Assembly: GCA_963801355.1 (NCBI GenBank)
Contig: CAWDEM010000004.1
Location: 1,376,001-1,440,000, forward strand
DNA from: Ignavibacteriota bacterium
GTDB lineage: Bacteria > Bacteroidota > Ignavibacteria > UBA10030 > UBA6906
DNA length: 64,000 nt
Direction of reading: 5' to 3'
Shown here: piece by piece, positions 10,252-19,646 of the stretch
Numbering within the stretch: the stretch's first letter is position 1
How the letters are laid out: the number at the start of each line of letters is the position of its first letter
Position numbers and translations under genes: made by a program
The notes under the pieces: model-generated
Seen by the model: only the letters and a program-made list of their open reading frames with translations
Database searches by the model: none
What the model was told of the DNA's origin: nothing

Positions 10252-10362
10252 ATGGCTGATCCTGTCGCAAGTTCGCCCGCCTGGACCTCCCGGCTCGTGC
10301 GCCATCCCGGTTTTCCCCCGGCAATTTGGAAACGAACGATGCTGCGATCCGCACACTCATGA
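10252..10362 (+). CDS. Putative 36-aa small ORF (MADPVASSPAWTSRLVRHPGFPPAIWKRTMLRSAHS)
   Basis: AAGGAG RBS 5 nt before the ATG; TGA overlaps the recG ATG (ATGA); below the ORF-track cutoff. Confidence 0.35.
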   Translation: MADPVASSPAWTSRLVRHPGFPPAIWKRTMLRSAHS

Positions 10363-12563
10363 CACCCGGCACACCGTTCCTCTCACAGCCTGTGCAGTTC
10401 CTGAAAGGCGTCGGCCCTCGCAAGGCGGAGACCCTGGCCGGAGTAGGGATATCTACGGTGGGAGACCTGCTCTTCTACGTGCCGCGGCGGTATCTCGACC
10501 GGACATCCGTGCAGACCATCGCCCAACTGCGTTCATTGCCGGATAAGGGAGACCTTGCGTCCGACGCGGAGATCAGGCGGGAAGCAACAGTCGTGGGCAC
10601 CGTCCGCTCATATCGTGTGCTGGGAGTGGGCCGGAAAGCCCGCTTTGTACTTGTCCTCGGTGACGACACCGGTTCACTCCAATGTATCTGGTTCGGGGGG
10701 GTACACTATTGGAAGACCCGGTTCACCATCGGGGACACGCTCGCGGTCTCCGGACAGCCGACCTGGTTCAGCAATGTCATGCAGTTTGTTCACCCGGATG
10801 TTGATTGGATCGGGGGGACCGGCGGGGAGGACGGCACAATCGACTGGAGCCGGGCACTGCACGCGGGGGGACTGGTTCCGCTCTATCCATCCACGCAACA
10901 GCTTTCCGGGGTGGGATTGGACAGTGCCGGGTTCCGGCGCCTTCTGGGGAACATTCTCCGCGCGCACGCGGACCAGATTCCCGATCCGCTGCCGCAGGTC
11001 CTGCGCGAGGGGCATCAGTTTGTCTCGTTGCGCGAAGCTCTTCAGCATGTTCATTTTCCGCCGGGGCCGCGTGAGCTTCAGGAGGCGCTGCGGCGGCTGA
11101 AGTACGAGGAGCTGTTCGAATTTCAGGTGAAGCTTGCGTTGCGGCGCCAGATGATGCAGCACGAAGTGCCAGGTATCGCCTTTGCGGTGCAGAGCCGTCT
11201 TGCGCGTCAGCTGGTGGATGCACTCCCGTTCTCGCTCACGCACGCCCAGGCCCGTGTGATTCGTGAAATTCTCGCCGACATGGCATTGCCCAGACCGATG
11301 AACCGCCTCCTTCAGGGAGACGTCGGGAGCGGCAAGACCATCGTTGCACTTGTCGCGATGCTGGTTGCGGTGGAGAATGGATACCAGGCGGGATTCATGG
11401 CGCCCACCGAAATCCTGGCCGAGCAGCACTACAGGACCATTGCCTCCCTTCTGGGAGCGCTTCCGGTGAATCACCGGTTGCTTGTGGGAGCCCAGCGGTC
11501 AAAGCTCCGCCGTGACGTTCTGGAAGACATGCGGCGCGGATCGGCTCAGATTGTTGTGGGCACACATGCACTATTCGAGAAGGAGGTCTCGTTCGCCCGG
11601 CTCGGCGTGCTGGTCATCGACGAGCAGCACAGATTCGGGGTCCTGCAGCGCGCACAGTTGCGTGCGAAAGGGGAGAACCCGGATGTGCTGGTGATGACTG
11701 CAACCCCGATCCCGCGCACACTCTCGCTCACGGTGTTCGGCGACCTGGATGTCTCGGTGATCGATGAATTGCCTCGAGGGCGGAAGCCGGTGCGGACCGT
11801 TCTGAAGTATGAAGACGAGAAGGATTCGGTGTACGCGTTCGTTCGCCGGGAGGTTCAGAAGGGGAGACAGGCATATTTTGTCTATCCCCTCATCGACGAA
11901 TCGTCGAAGGTCGACCTGAAGGCGGCAACGTCCCACTATGAAGCCCTGCAGGAGCGGGTTTTCCCGGATCTCCGGCTCGGATTGCTGCACGGGCGGATGG
12001 CCAGTGACGAGAAAGAGGCCGTTATGGGCCGCTTTAAGGAGCGGGAGCTGGACATTCTCGTCGCGACCACCGTGATCGAGGTGGGCATTGATGTACCGAA
12101 TGCGTCTGTGATGGTGATTGAGAATGCGGAGCGATTCGGCCTGTCGCAGCTGCATCAGCTGCGCGGGCGGGTGGGGCGGGGGGGCGAGCAGTCGTACTGT
12201 GTGCTTCTCGCCGAGCGATGGCTGGCGCGCCGTGTCCGCGGTGTGCAGGAGAACGCCGAGGAACGCCATGCGGCGGAGCGCCGGCTTGCCACTATGGTGC
12301 AAACCTCGGACGGCTTCCGCATCGCCGAGGTCGATCTTGAGATTCGCGGTCCGGGGGACTACTTCGGCACGCGGCAGAGCGGTATGCCTGAGTTCAGGGT
12401 GGCGAACATCGTGACGGACACCGCGGTGCTCGCGCAAGCGCGCGACGATGCCTTCGCACTTGTCGCAGCTGATCCTCATCTCCGTCACGACACTCATCGC
12501 GCTCTCGCCGACCATCTTCGATCGCGCTTCGTCGAGGAGATGACATTGCTTCAAGTCGGTTGA
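10359..12563 (+). CDS. recG: ATP-dependent DNA helicase RecG
   Basis: LQGDVGSGKT, DEQHRFG, MTATPIPRTL, QLHQLRGRVGRG, DLEIRGPG. Confidence 0.97.
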   Translation: MTPGTPFLSQPVQFLKGVGPRKAETLAGVGISTVGDLLFYVPRRYLDRTSVQTIAQLRSLPDKGDLASDAEIRREATVVGTVRSYRVLGVGRKARFVLVLGDDTGSLQCIWFGGVHYWKTRFTIGDTLAVSGQPTWFSNVMQFVHPDVDWIGGTGGEDGTIDWSRALHAGGLVPLYPSTQQLSGVGLDSAGFRRLLGNILRAHADQIPDPLPQVLREGHQFVSLREALQHVHFPPGPRELQEALRRLKYEELFEFQVKLALRRQMMQHEVPGIAFAVQSRLARQLVDALPFSLTHAQARVIREILADMALPRPMNRLLQGDVGSGKTIVALVAMLVAVENGYQAGFMAPTEILAEQHYRTIASLLGALPVNHRLLVGAQRSKLRRDVLEDMRRGSAQIVVGTHALFEKEVSFARLGVLVIDEQHRFGVLQRAQLRAKGENPDVLVMTATPIPRTLSLTVFGDLDVSVIDELPRGRKPVRTVLKYEDEKDSVYAFVRREVQKGRQAYFVYPLIDESSKVDLKAATSHYEALQERVFPDLRLGLLHGRMASDEKEAVMGRFKERELDILVATTVIEVGIDVPNASVMVIENAERFGLSQLHQLRGRVGRGGEQSYCVLLAERWLARRVRGVQENAEERHAAERRLATMVQTSDGFRIAEVDLEIRGPGDYFGTRQSGMPEFRVANIVTDTAVLAQARDDAFALVAADPHLRHDTHRALADHLRSRFVEEMTLLQVG

Positions 12564-12578
12564 AATTGCACTTTTTCC

Positions 12579-12606
12579 TTGACAACCTCTCCAAATTGCG
12601 TATATT
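12579..12606 (+). promoter_or_regulatory. Sigma70-type promoter for the ATP-grasp/KamA operon
   Basis: TTGACA-N16-TATATT. Confidence 0.6.
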
Positions 12607-12616
12607 ACAAACCATA

Positions 12617-12685
12617 ATGAGTTCGTCGAACATTGCGGAGAGGTTCTGGTACATTTATACTCACGGCCTACGTCATCATCGATGA
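12617..12685 (+). CDS. Putative 22-aa upstream ORF (MSSSNIAERFWYIYTHGLRHHR)
   Basis: ATG 10 nt after the -10 box; stop overlaps the next ATG (ATGA). Confidence 0.25.
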   Translation: MSSSNIAERFWYIYTHGLRHHR

Positions 12686-13800
12686 CGGTTGCGCTCGTCT
12701 TCAACGCCAAAGCGGAAGCACCACCCACCTCAGCGAACATCCCCGAGCAGGCAGCAGAACCACCATCCAGCTCATCACCCGTTGACGTCACATCACATGC
12801 CGCGCGCACGAATGATGTGTTTGCCGAGTGGGACACCTACGAGACGATTCATGCGGTGCGTGATGCGATCGCCGAACGCTATGACGTCGAGTTGATCGAA
12901 GCGAATGAGGATGCCTTCGAGCGTCTCCGCCGGTTGCGGCCCGCATTTGTGTTCAACATTGCCGAAGGTCTGCACGGCGTGTCACGCGAGGCGCAGGTAC
13001 CCGCGATGTTGGAGCTGTTGCGTATCCCCTACCTCGGTTCCGATCCGCTCACACTCACGGTCTGTCTTGACAAGGCGCGGGCGAAGGAGATCCTGGCGTA
13101 CCACGGTGTCGCCACGGCACCCTTTGTCGTGATTCACGGGATGGACGAATTTGAAGACGCGCGCGTGAAGTTTCCGTCGATCGTCAAACCGTTGCATGAG
13201 GGATCGAGCAAGGGCATCTACAACTCGTGCGTCGTGCGGACGCCCGATGAACTCGAGCGCGAAGTGCAGACCGTGCTCACGGTGTACCATGAGCCCGCCC
13301 TGGTGGAGGAATTTCTGCCCGGACGCGAATTCACGGTGGCACTCATGGGCAACGGTGACGAGGTGCGGGTGTTGCCCATCGTGGAAATCCGCTTTGATGC
13401 GTTGCCCCCCGGCATGAACCCGATCTATTCGTATGAAGCGAAGTGGATTTGGGATACCACGGACAAACCGCTCGAGATCTATGCGTGTCCCGCGCCGCTG
13501 CGGCCGGACGAAGCGGAGGCGATCGAGGAGCTCTGCAGGAAGTCGTACCGCATTCTTCGTTGCCGTGATTGGACCCGGGTTGATGTGCGTATGGATGCAC
13601 GCGGGCGTCCCTGTATCCTGGAACTGAATCCCCTCCCGGGCATTCTGCCGCGTCCGGAGGACAATTCCTGTTTTCCAAAGGCAGCCCGGACAGCGGGCAT
13701 GAGTTACAATGAGTTGATCAACGCCGTTCTGGATATCGCGATGCAGCGCTGCGGTGTCCCCGTCCGCACTCCTGCGCTGGCGTCCACGATGTCACAATAA
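12682..13800 (+). CDS. Ddl-like ATP-grasp ligase 1 (not a canonical D-Ala-D-Ala ligase)
   Basis: VFNIAEG, KPLHEGSSKGI, EEFLPGREFTV, RVDVR, LELNPLPG; lacks the Ddl GGxSxE N-terminal motif. Confidence 0.85.
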   Translation: MTVALVFNAKAEAPPTSANIPEQAAEPPSSSSPVDVTSHAARTNDVFAEWDTYETIHAVRDAIAERYDVELIEANEDAFERLRRLRPAFVFNIAEGLHGVSREAQVPAMLELLRIPYLGSDPLTLTVCLDKARAKEILAYHGVATAPFVVIHGMDEFEDARVKFPSIVKPLHEGSSKGIYNSCVVRTPDELEREVQTVLTVYHEPALVEEFLPGREFTVALMGNGDEVRVLPIVEIRFDALPPGMNPIYSYEAKWIWDTTDKPLEIYACPAPLRPDEAEAIEELCRKSYRILRCRDWTRVDVRMDARGRPCILELNPLPGILPRPEDNSCFPKAARTAGMSYNELINAVLDIAMQRCGVPVRTPALASTMSQ

Positions 13801-13810
13801 CGGATATATT

Positions 13811-14908
13811 ATGGCAAGAAAATTACGAATTTCAATACTTTATAACGAGCCTGTGGTGGGAGACGCAGCAGCCCGGCAGTACATAGCTGAGAACGGCCGC
13901 CTCCTGGAGGGCACTATTGCTCCTCCCCGCGGCCCGGCTGTGCAGGACATGCCATTGCCTCTGGATCTCTCCGAAGTGGGCGTCATGGAAGAGATGGAAG
14001 ACATCAAGACGGCATTGGTCACGCTCGGCTACAAAACACAGATTTTCAATGTTAACAGTGACATCTTCCGTCTGATCGATTATCTGCGCACGGAAAAACC
14101 GGACCTGATTTTCAACCTCGTGGAGTGCCTCGAGAACGAATCCCTCCAGGAGATGAACGTTGCGGGCCTGTACGAACTTCTCAAAATTCCGTACACCGGA
14201 GCGGGTCCTCTGGCCCTCGGGACCGCACTGCACAAGCCCCGCGTCAAGGAAATCCTTCGCGCGCGCGGCATCGCCACCCCGGAATCGCACGTGTTCCGCG
14301 CTGCCGACCGGATCAGCCTTAAGGACGGGCTGACGTTCCCGCTGATCGCCAAACCCGCACATGAAGACGGGAGCGTGGGCATCAGCGATGCATCCATAGT
14401 CACTACTCTCGCCGAGCTGCGCAAACAGGTTCTCCATATCCACCGAGAATTCGCTCAACCCGCACTGGTGGAACAGTACATCGACGGACGAGAGCTGAAT
14501 GTGGCAATCCTCGGCCACAAACATCCTCAGGTGTTGCCGATCTCCGAAATTGATTTTTCGGGACTCCTTCCCGGCATGCATCACATTGTGAGTTATGAAG
14601 CCAAGTGGATGAACGGCACCATCGCCTACCAGGGCACGCAGGGCGTCTGCCCGACAAAGCTTCCCTCCGGCAAAGACGCCGAGCTCAAGCGCGTCGCGCT
14701 CGAGTGCTTTCACCTGATAGGCTGCCGTGACTATGCACGGATTGATTTCCGGCTCACACCCGGCGGGGATGCGTACGTGCTCGAGGTCAATCCCAATCCC
14801 GATATCTCCGACGACGCAGGATTTGCCCGTTCCGCCCGGACCGCGGGTTTGTCCTTCCCGGAGACCATCGGCAAAATCGTGGAATCCGCACTGGAGCGCG
14901 CGCAATGA
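13811..14908 (+). CDS. Ddl-like ATP-grasp ligase 2
   Basis: PYTGAG, KPAHEDGSVGI, EQYIDGRE, YARIDFR, LEVNPNPD. Confidence 0.85.
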   Translation: MARKLRISILYNEPVVGDAAARQYIAENGRLLEGTIAPPRGPAVQDMPLPLDLSEVGVMEEMEDIKTALVTLGYKTQIFNVNSDIFRLIDYLRTEKPDLIFNLVECLENESLQEMNVAGLYELLKIPYTGAGPLALGTALHKPRVKEILRARGIATPESHVFRAADRISLKDGLTFPLIAKPAHEDGSVGISDASIVTTLAELRKQVLHIHREFAQPALVEQYIDGRELNVAILGHKHPQVLPISEIDFSGLLPGMHHIVSYEAKWMNGTIAYQGTQGVCPTKLPSGKDAELKRVALECFHLIGCRDYARIDFRLTPGGDAYVLEVNPNPDISDDAGFARSARTAGLSFPETIGKIVESALERAQ

Positions 14909-15399
14909 GCGGGAATGCCGCTACGGTTATCCGGCCGCTGCGCCGTGACGACCGGGAACCCCTCCAACGGCTTGTGGAAGCGACCGGCGTTTTTTCCCCG
15001 GACGAAGTCACCATCGCGCTCGAATTGATCGATACCGTATTGGACGAACCCGGTCAACAAGACTACTGCATCGCTGTGAGCGATGAGGACGGAACGGCCG
15101 TGGGCTACTATTGCCTTGGTCCGACACCGGGAACGACCGGCACGTATGATTTGTACTGGATTGCAGTCGCACCATGGCATCATGGCAGGGGCGTCGGATC
15201 CGCCCTCGACGCGCACGCTGAAGCGTTCGTCCGCTCATCCGGCGGACGTCTCATCGTCGCCGAGACATCTTCGACCCCACGTTACGATGCCACGCGGGCT
15301 TTCTATCACCGGCGCGGATATGCCGAGCTGGCCCGCATACGGGACTACTACAGCCCCGGTGATGATCTTGTGGTATTCGGCAAATATCTTGTCCCATGA
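14905..15399 (+). CDS. GNAT family N-acetyltransferase
   Basis: DLYWIAV..HGRGVGS acetyl-CoA motif, AETSS, RAFY; ATGA coupling to the upstream gene. Confidence 0.88.
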   Translation: MSGNAATVIRPLRRDDREPLQRLVEATGVFSPDEVTIALELIDTVLDEPGQQDYCIAVSDEDGTAVGYYCLGPTPGTTGTYDLYWIAVAPWHHGRGVGSALDAHAEAFVRSSGGRLIVAETSSTPRYDATRAFYHRRGYAELARIRDYYSPGDDLVVFGKYLVP

Positions 15400-15420
15400 C
15401 ACGGAGGATGAAAGGCACGT

Positions 15421-16566
15421 ATGGAACTCTGGCAGGAGATGCTGCGACAGAGTGTGGACAGCGGTAAAGACCTCGTAGAGCGTTTCGGGTTCGACAAGGA
15501 GCTGGCGGACCGGCTGAACGGTTTGTTCCACATTCGGATCAACCCCTACTATCTTAGTTTGATTCGGTACCCGGGTGATCCTATCTGGCTTCAATGTATA
15601 CCCGACGCGAAGGAGCTCGAGGAAGATGGTCTCCCGGAAGACCCCCTCGCCGAAGACTCCCACAGTCCCGTGCCGAGCATCGTTCACCGGTATCCGGATC
15701 GCGTGCTGTTCCTGACGACAAGTCAGTGTTCGATGTACTGCCGGTTCTGCACGCGGAAACGGAAAGTGGGCAATTCGAGCAAGATCAATATGAAGTACAT
15801 CCAGGACGGGATTGACTATATCGCCGCCCATCCCGAGGTGCGCGATGTGATCCTGTCCGGCGGTGATCCGCTGATGCTCACCGATTTCATGCTGGAGAGG
15901 ATCCTTGCAGGCCTGCGGGCCATCCCCCACGTGGAGATCATCCGCCTGGGCACGAAGATGCCGTGCGTGCTGCCGCAACGGTTCACGCCGAAACTGATGC
16001 GCATGCTCCGGAAGTACCATCCCCTCTACATCAACACGCATTTCAATCACCCGTGGGAATGCACCCCCGAAGCCAAACGGGCCTGTGAAATGATTGCCGA
16101 CGCCGGCATCCCCCTGGGGAACCAGTCGGTGCTGATGAAGGGGGTGAATGACGATGCCGATACCATGCTCGAACTCATGCGCAAACTTCTTGCCATGCGC
16201 GTGCGCCCTTACTACCTCTACCAGGCGGATATCACCAAGGGTGCCAATCATTTCCGGACGCCGGTGAGCGTCGGGCTGGATATCATGGACAAGTTGCGCG
16301 GGCATACATCCGGTCTCGCCATTCCTTCTTTTGTCATCGACGCACCCGGAGGGGGAGGGAAGATCCCGCTCCTTCCGCAGTATGTGCTCGGACGGAACGG
16401 CAACCAGATCATTCTCCGCAACTACAAGTACGACATCTTCACCTATCCAGATGTCGAGGAAGAACCGAAGATTCCCACGCCGACCGTCGAGCGCCGGTAC
16501 ACGCGCCGCAAGGCCCGCCCTGCCCGCGTGCGTCCCCAATACATCGGGGAGGATGTACAGGTCTGA
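15421..16566 (+). CDS. kamA: KamA-family radical SAM/PLP 2,3-aminomutase (lysine 2,3-aminomutase-like)
   Basis: HRYPDRVL, CSMYCRFCTRKR, SGGDPL, NQSVL, YYLYQAD, DAPGGGGK (PLP lysine). Confidence 0.88.
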   Translation: MELWQEMLRQSVDSGKDLVERFGFDKELADRLNGLFHIRINPYYLSLIRYPGDPIWLQCIPDAKELEEDGLPEDPLAEDSHSPVPSIVHRYPDRVLFLTTSQCSMYCRFCTRKRKVGNSSKINMKYIQDGIDYIAAHPEVRDVILSGGDPLMLTDFMLERILAGLRAIPHVEIIRLGTKMPCVLPQRFTPKLMRMLRKYHPLYINTHFNHPWECTPEAKRACEMIADAGIPLGNQSVLMKGVNDDADTMLELMRKLLAMRVRPYYLYQADITKGANHFRTPVSVGLDIMDKLRGHTSGLAIPSFVIDAPGGGGKIPLLPQYVLGRNGNQIILRNYKYDIFTYPDVEEEPKIPTPTVERRYTRRKARPARVRPQYIGEDVQV

Positions 16567-16589
16567 GTGTTCTGTCGGGTTGTTGAACA

Positions 16590-16636
16590 GGCATCGCGCC
16601 GGCCGGGATTCCACCGCGCCGGCGCCGCCGTTTTAT
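16590..16636 (+). terminator. Probable intrinsic terminator of the ATP-grasp/KamA operon
   Basis: gcgccggc..gccggcgc stem followed shortly by ttttatt. Confidence 0.55.
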
Positions 16637-16664
16637 TGCCTCTCTCTCTCGCAATCCGTAGATT
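16636..16664 (+). promoter_or_regulatory. Promoter for a probably leaderless dnaG transcript
   Basis: TTGCCT-N17-TAGATT with the ATG 6 nt downstream and no SD. Confidence 0.5.
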
Positions 16665-16670
16665 ATTCTC

Positions 16671-18542
16671 ATGCGCATTCCAGACGACAAGATTGAGGAA
16701 GTCCGCAACGCCGCCGATATCGTGGACATCGTCGCTTCCACCGTGCGGCTCAAAAAACGCGGGCGCAGCTATGTCGGTCTCTGCCCTTTTCATCAGGAGA
16801 AGACCCCCTCCTTCACCGTCAGCCCGGACAAACAGATGTTTCACTGCTTCGGGTGCAGCAAGGGAGGCAATGTCTTCACGTTCCTGATGGAGCGCGACAA
16901 GCTCACATTCGTCGACGCCGTTAGGTTTCTGGCCGACCGCGCGGGCATCCGCCTCCCCTCCGCGGGCGGAGAACAGCGCGAGGGTGATGCCGAACAGGAA
17001 CAACTCTTCGAGATCTGCAGAACCGCCGGGCTGCATTTTCAGGACAACCTCCTCAATCACGTCGAGGGTCAACTGGCCCTCGAATACCTGCGGCACAGGG
17101 AGTTTACGGATCAGACGATCCGCGCATTCGGACTCGGCTACTCTCTGAACTCCTGGGAGGATCTCCTCCAGTTCTCCCGGAGAGAGCATCGTGATCCCGC
17201 CCTCGTTGAGAAGGCCGGGTTGCTGGTGCGAAGGGAGGACGGCACCGGCTACTACGACCGTTTCCGCGGCCGGGTGATGTTTCCCATCCTCTCGGCCAGC
17301 GGACGGACGATTGCCTTCGGCGCCCGCAAGCTCCGCGAGGACGACACCCTGGGCAAATACATCAACTCCCCCGAAACGCCGATCTACAACAAGAGCAGGG
17401 TGTTGTACGGTCTGTATCAGGCCAGGGAGTCGATACGCGACAAGGAGTTCGTTGTGCTCGTGGAGGGTTATGCCGACCTGATCAGCGTCGTTCAGGCAGG
17501 GATCGGAAATATCGTTGCGTCAAGCGGGACGGCGCTCACCGATGAGCAGATCCAGCTGATCAGCCGCTATGCGCGGAAGGTGACACTGGTCTACGACGCG
17601 GATTCCGCGGGATCCAAGGCGACCCTGCGGGGGGGCGACCTTATCATCGAGCACGATCTGGATGTCCGTGTAGCGGAATTGCCGGCAGGGGAAGACCCTG
17701 ATTCCTTCATCCGGAAGAACGGCGGGAAGGCTTTTGCCGCTCTTCTCGAGGGGGCCGAATCTTTTGTGGATTTCCGCGCACGTCAACTTCGCGCCGGCGG
17801 TTTGTTTGCCACCCCCGAAGGGAAAACCCAGGCAATCAGGTCGCTGGTCGAGACCATCGCGAAGTATCCCGATGAGCTCAAACGCACCTTCTATCTGAAA
17901 CGCATCGCGCAGGAATACGACGTGTACGAAAGCGTGTTGCAGCGGGAAATGGAGAAGTTCATGCGACGTCCCGCGTCCCAGCAACGCTTCAGCCGGAAGC
18001 AGGAAACCCTGCCCGAGGCGCCGTCCCCCCCTGTAACCGAAACGGCCCCGCATCAGGACCTGCCCATCCCGGCTGCTGAGTGCGAACTCCTCCGTCTGAT
18101 TCTCGAACAGAAAGGCGCGATGCTGCGCTATATCTTCTCGCGCATCGACAAGGACCTGCTCACTTCGGGGGCTGTGCGGCGTGTCATCGAGGCAGTCGAC
18201 GCCCATGAAGAGGGAGGCGAACCGTGGGAACCCGGCACACTCATAGACGAGCTGGACACAGAGGATACCAAACAGCTGGTTGCACGCCTGATCATGCCCC
18301 GGCACGAACTGAGCAAGGGTTGGAGGGAAATGGGAACGGACCCTCCGCCACCCGACCCCTACGCAATTGCCAATGACTGCATACTGTTGCTTCATCTGCA
18401 ACGTCTGGACGAGGGAATGCGGCAGGTGTACCGGAAGATGAAAGATGCGGAGTTGCGGGGAGAGGATACAGCGTTGTATCAGGAAGAAATACTCGCCCTG
18501 CAAAAAGAAAAACGGGGACTCAGACCGAAACCCGCGGGCTAG
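16671..18542 (+). CDS. dnaG: DNA primase
   Basis: CPFHQEKTPSF..HCFGC zinc ribbon, KYINSPET, VEGYAD, YDADSAG, DPDS. Confidence 0.97.
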   Translation: MRIPDDKIEEVRNAADIVDIVASTVRLKKRGRSYVGLCPFHQEKTPSFTVSPDKQMFHCFGCSKGGNVFTFLMERDKLTFVDAVRFLADRAGIRLPSAGGEQREGDAEQEQLFEICRTAGLHFQDNLLNHVEGQLALEYLRHREFTDQTIRAFGLGYSLNSWEDLLQFSRREHRDPALVEKAGLLVRREDGTGYYDRFRGRVMFPILSASGRTIAFGARKLREDDTLGKYINSPETPIYNKSRVLYGLYQARESIRDKEFVVLVEGYADLISVVQAGIGNIVASSGTALTDEQIQLISRYARKVTLVYDADSAGSKATLRGGDLIIEHDLDVRVAELPAGEDPDSFIRKNGGKAFAALLEGAESFVDFRARQLRAGGLFATPEGKTQAIRSLVETIAKYPDELKRTFYLKRIAQEYDVYESVLQREMEKFMRRPASQQRFSRKQETLPEAPSPPVTETAPHQDLPIPAAECELLRLILEQKGAMLRYIFSRIDKDLLTSGAVRRVIEAVDAHEEGGEPWEPGTLIDELDTEDTKQLVARLIMPRHELSKGWREMGTDPPPPDPYAIANDCILLLHLQRLDEGMRQVYRKMKDAELRGEDTALYQEEILALQKEKRGLRPKPAG

Positions 18543-18562
18543 CCCGGGTGGGCGCCGTCAGG

Positions 18563-18591
18563 TTGCGGTTCTACCGGGTGTACGGTATATT
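18563..18591 (+). promoter_or_regulatory. Promoter for the operon starting at GT9, near-leaderless
   Basis: TTGCGG-N17-TATATT with the ATG 8 nt downstream. Confidence 0.55.
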
Positions 18592-18599
18592 GTAATCTT

Positions 18600-19646
18600 A
18601 TGCTGACAGGCAAGTCTCGTGCGGGCGGTTCCCGGAGAATTCTCGTTATCCGGACGGACAGGCTTGGCGACGTTATCCTCACGTTGCCCATGCTTCCGTT
18701 GCTGCGGGAGTGGTTTCCGGATGCACACCTGGCGATGATGCTGAACCGTTACACAGGTGAAGTGGTCCGTGGCAATCCTTCCCTGAATGAGATCATTTGG
18801 GATGATGTCGGGGGCCGCCAGGAAAGCTTTCCCCGGTTACTCTCGGCGATCAGGGCGCAGAATTTTGACACGGCATTCGTGGTTCACCCGACCCCTCGCC
18901 TGGCCTGGCTTGTCGCGCGTGCGGGCATTCCTATACGGATTGGTTCGGGATATCGCGCGTACAGTTTTCTTTTCAACCGGAAAATCTTTGAACACAGGAA
19001 AGACGCCCGGTTTCACGAACTGGAATACAACCTGCATATGCTGGGGGCTGTACAGCCGGGATTTACGGGCGAGGGGATACGCCCCCGCTTTGACATTCAA
19101 ATTGATCCCATTGCCAGGTCGGCCGTGCGCGGGCGTCTCGGCCCATCTTCTGCCGGCAAGCCTCTCATAGTACTGCATCCGGGGAGCGGAGGATCAGCCA
19201 GAGACTGGCCTCCGGGTCATTTTGCCCGGCTGGCGGCGGCGATTGCTGGGGAGGGCAGGTATCGGCTGGCCGTCACCGGCGGGAAAGCGGAAGCGGATCT
19301 GGTCCGCATGGTCGGCGAAGCGGGGAAGACGGAGTTGATGTTTGCGGGGACATTGTCGATTCCGGAGCTGGCGGCACTGCTCGCGGACGCGAAGGTGGTC
19401 GTCGGGAACTCCACCGGGCCGCTTCACCTTGCCGCTGCGGTTGGCACCCGGGTGGTCGGACTCTATCCGCAGCTCAGGGCCATAAGTGCCGCCCGATGGG
19501 GTCCGTATACGGAACGAAAACGGGTGTTTGTCCCGGCGAAGCCCGTGGATTGCCGGGAGTGCGCGGATGGCAGGCCCTGCGCATGCATGGAGAGCATTCC
19601 GGTCGAACATGTGTGGCTTGCGGTGAAAGAACAGGCAGATGAATAA
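18600..19646 (+). CDS. GT9 glycosyltransferase (LPS heptosyltransferase-like)
   Basis: RTDRLGDVIL, HPGSGGS, NSTGPLHLAAAVG, RWGP. Confidence 0.9.
   Translation: MLTGKSRAGGSRRILVIRTDRLGDVILTLPMLPLLREWFPDAHLAMMLNRYTGEVVRGNPSLNEIIWDDVGGRQESFPRLLSAIRAQNFDTAFVVHPTPRLAWLVARAGIPIRIGSGYRAYSFLFNRKIFEHRKDARFHELEYNLHMLGAVQPGFTGEGIRPRFDIQIDPIARSAVRGRLGPSSAGKPLIVLHPGSGGSARDWPPGHFARLAAAIAGEGRYRLAVTGGKAEADLVRMVGEAGKTELMFAGTLSIPELAALLADAKVVVGNSTGPLHLAAAVGTRVVGLYPQLRAISAARWGPYTERKRVFVPAKPVDCRECADGRPCACMESIPVEHVWLAVKEQADE

Noticed and set aside
12682-14908. Calling the ligases ddl or van resistance genes
   Set aside because: They lack the Ddl N-terminal motif and have no mur or van context.
15421-16566. EpmB or glutamate 2,3-aminomutase
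   Set aside because: YQAD and DAPGGGGK are LAM-type motifs, and efp/epmA are not adjacent.
15235-16614. Long antisense or shadow ORFs (also 11571..12836, 13832..14905, 52615..54063)
   Set aside because: They mirror well-supported genes in GC-rich DNA and have no motifs.
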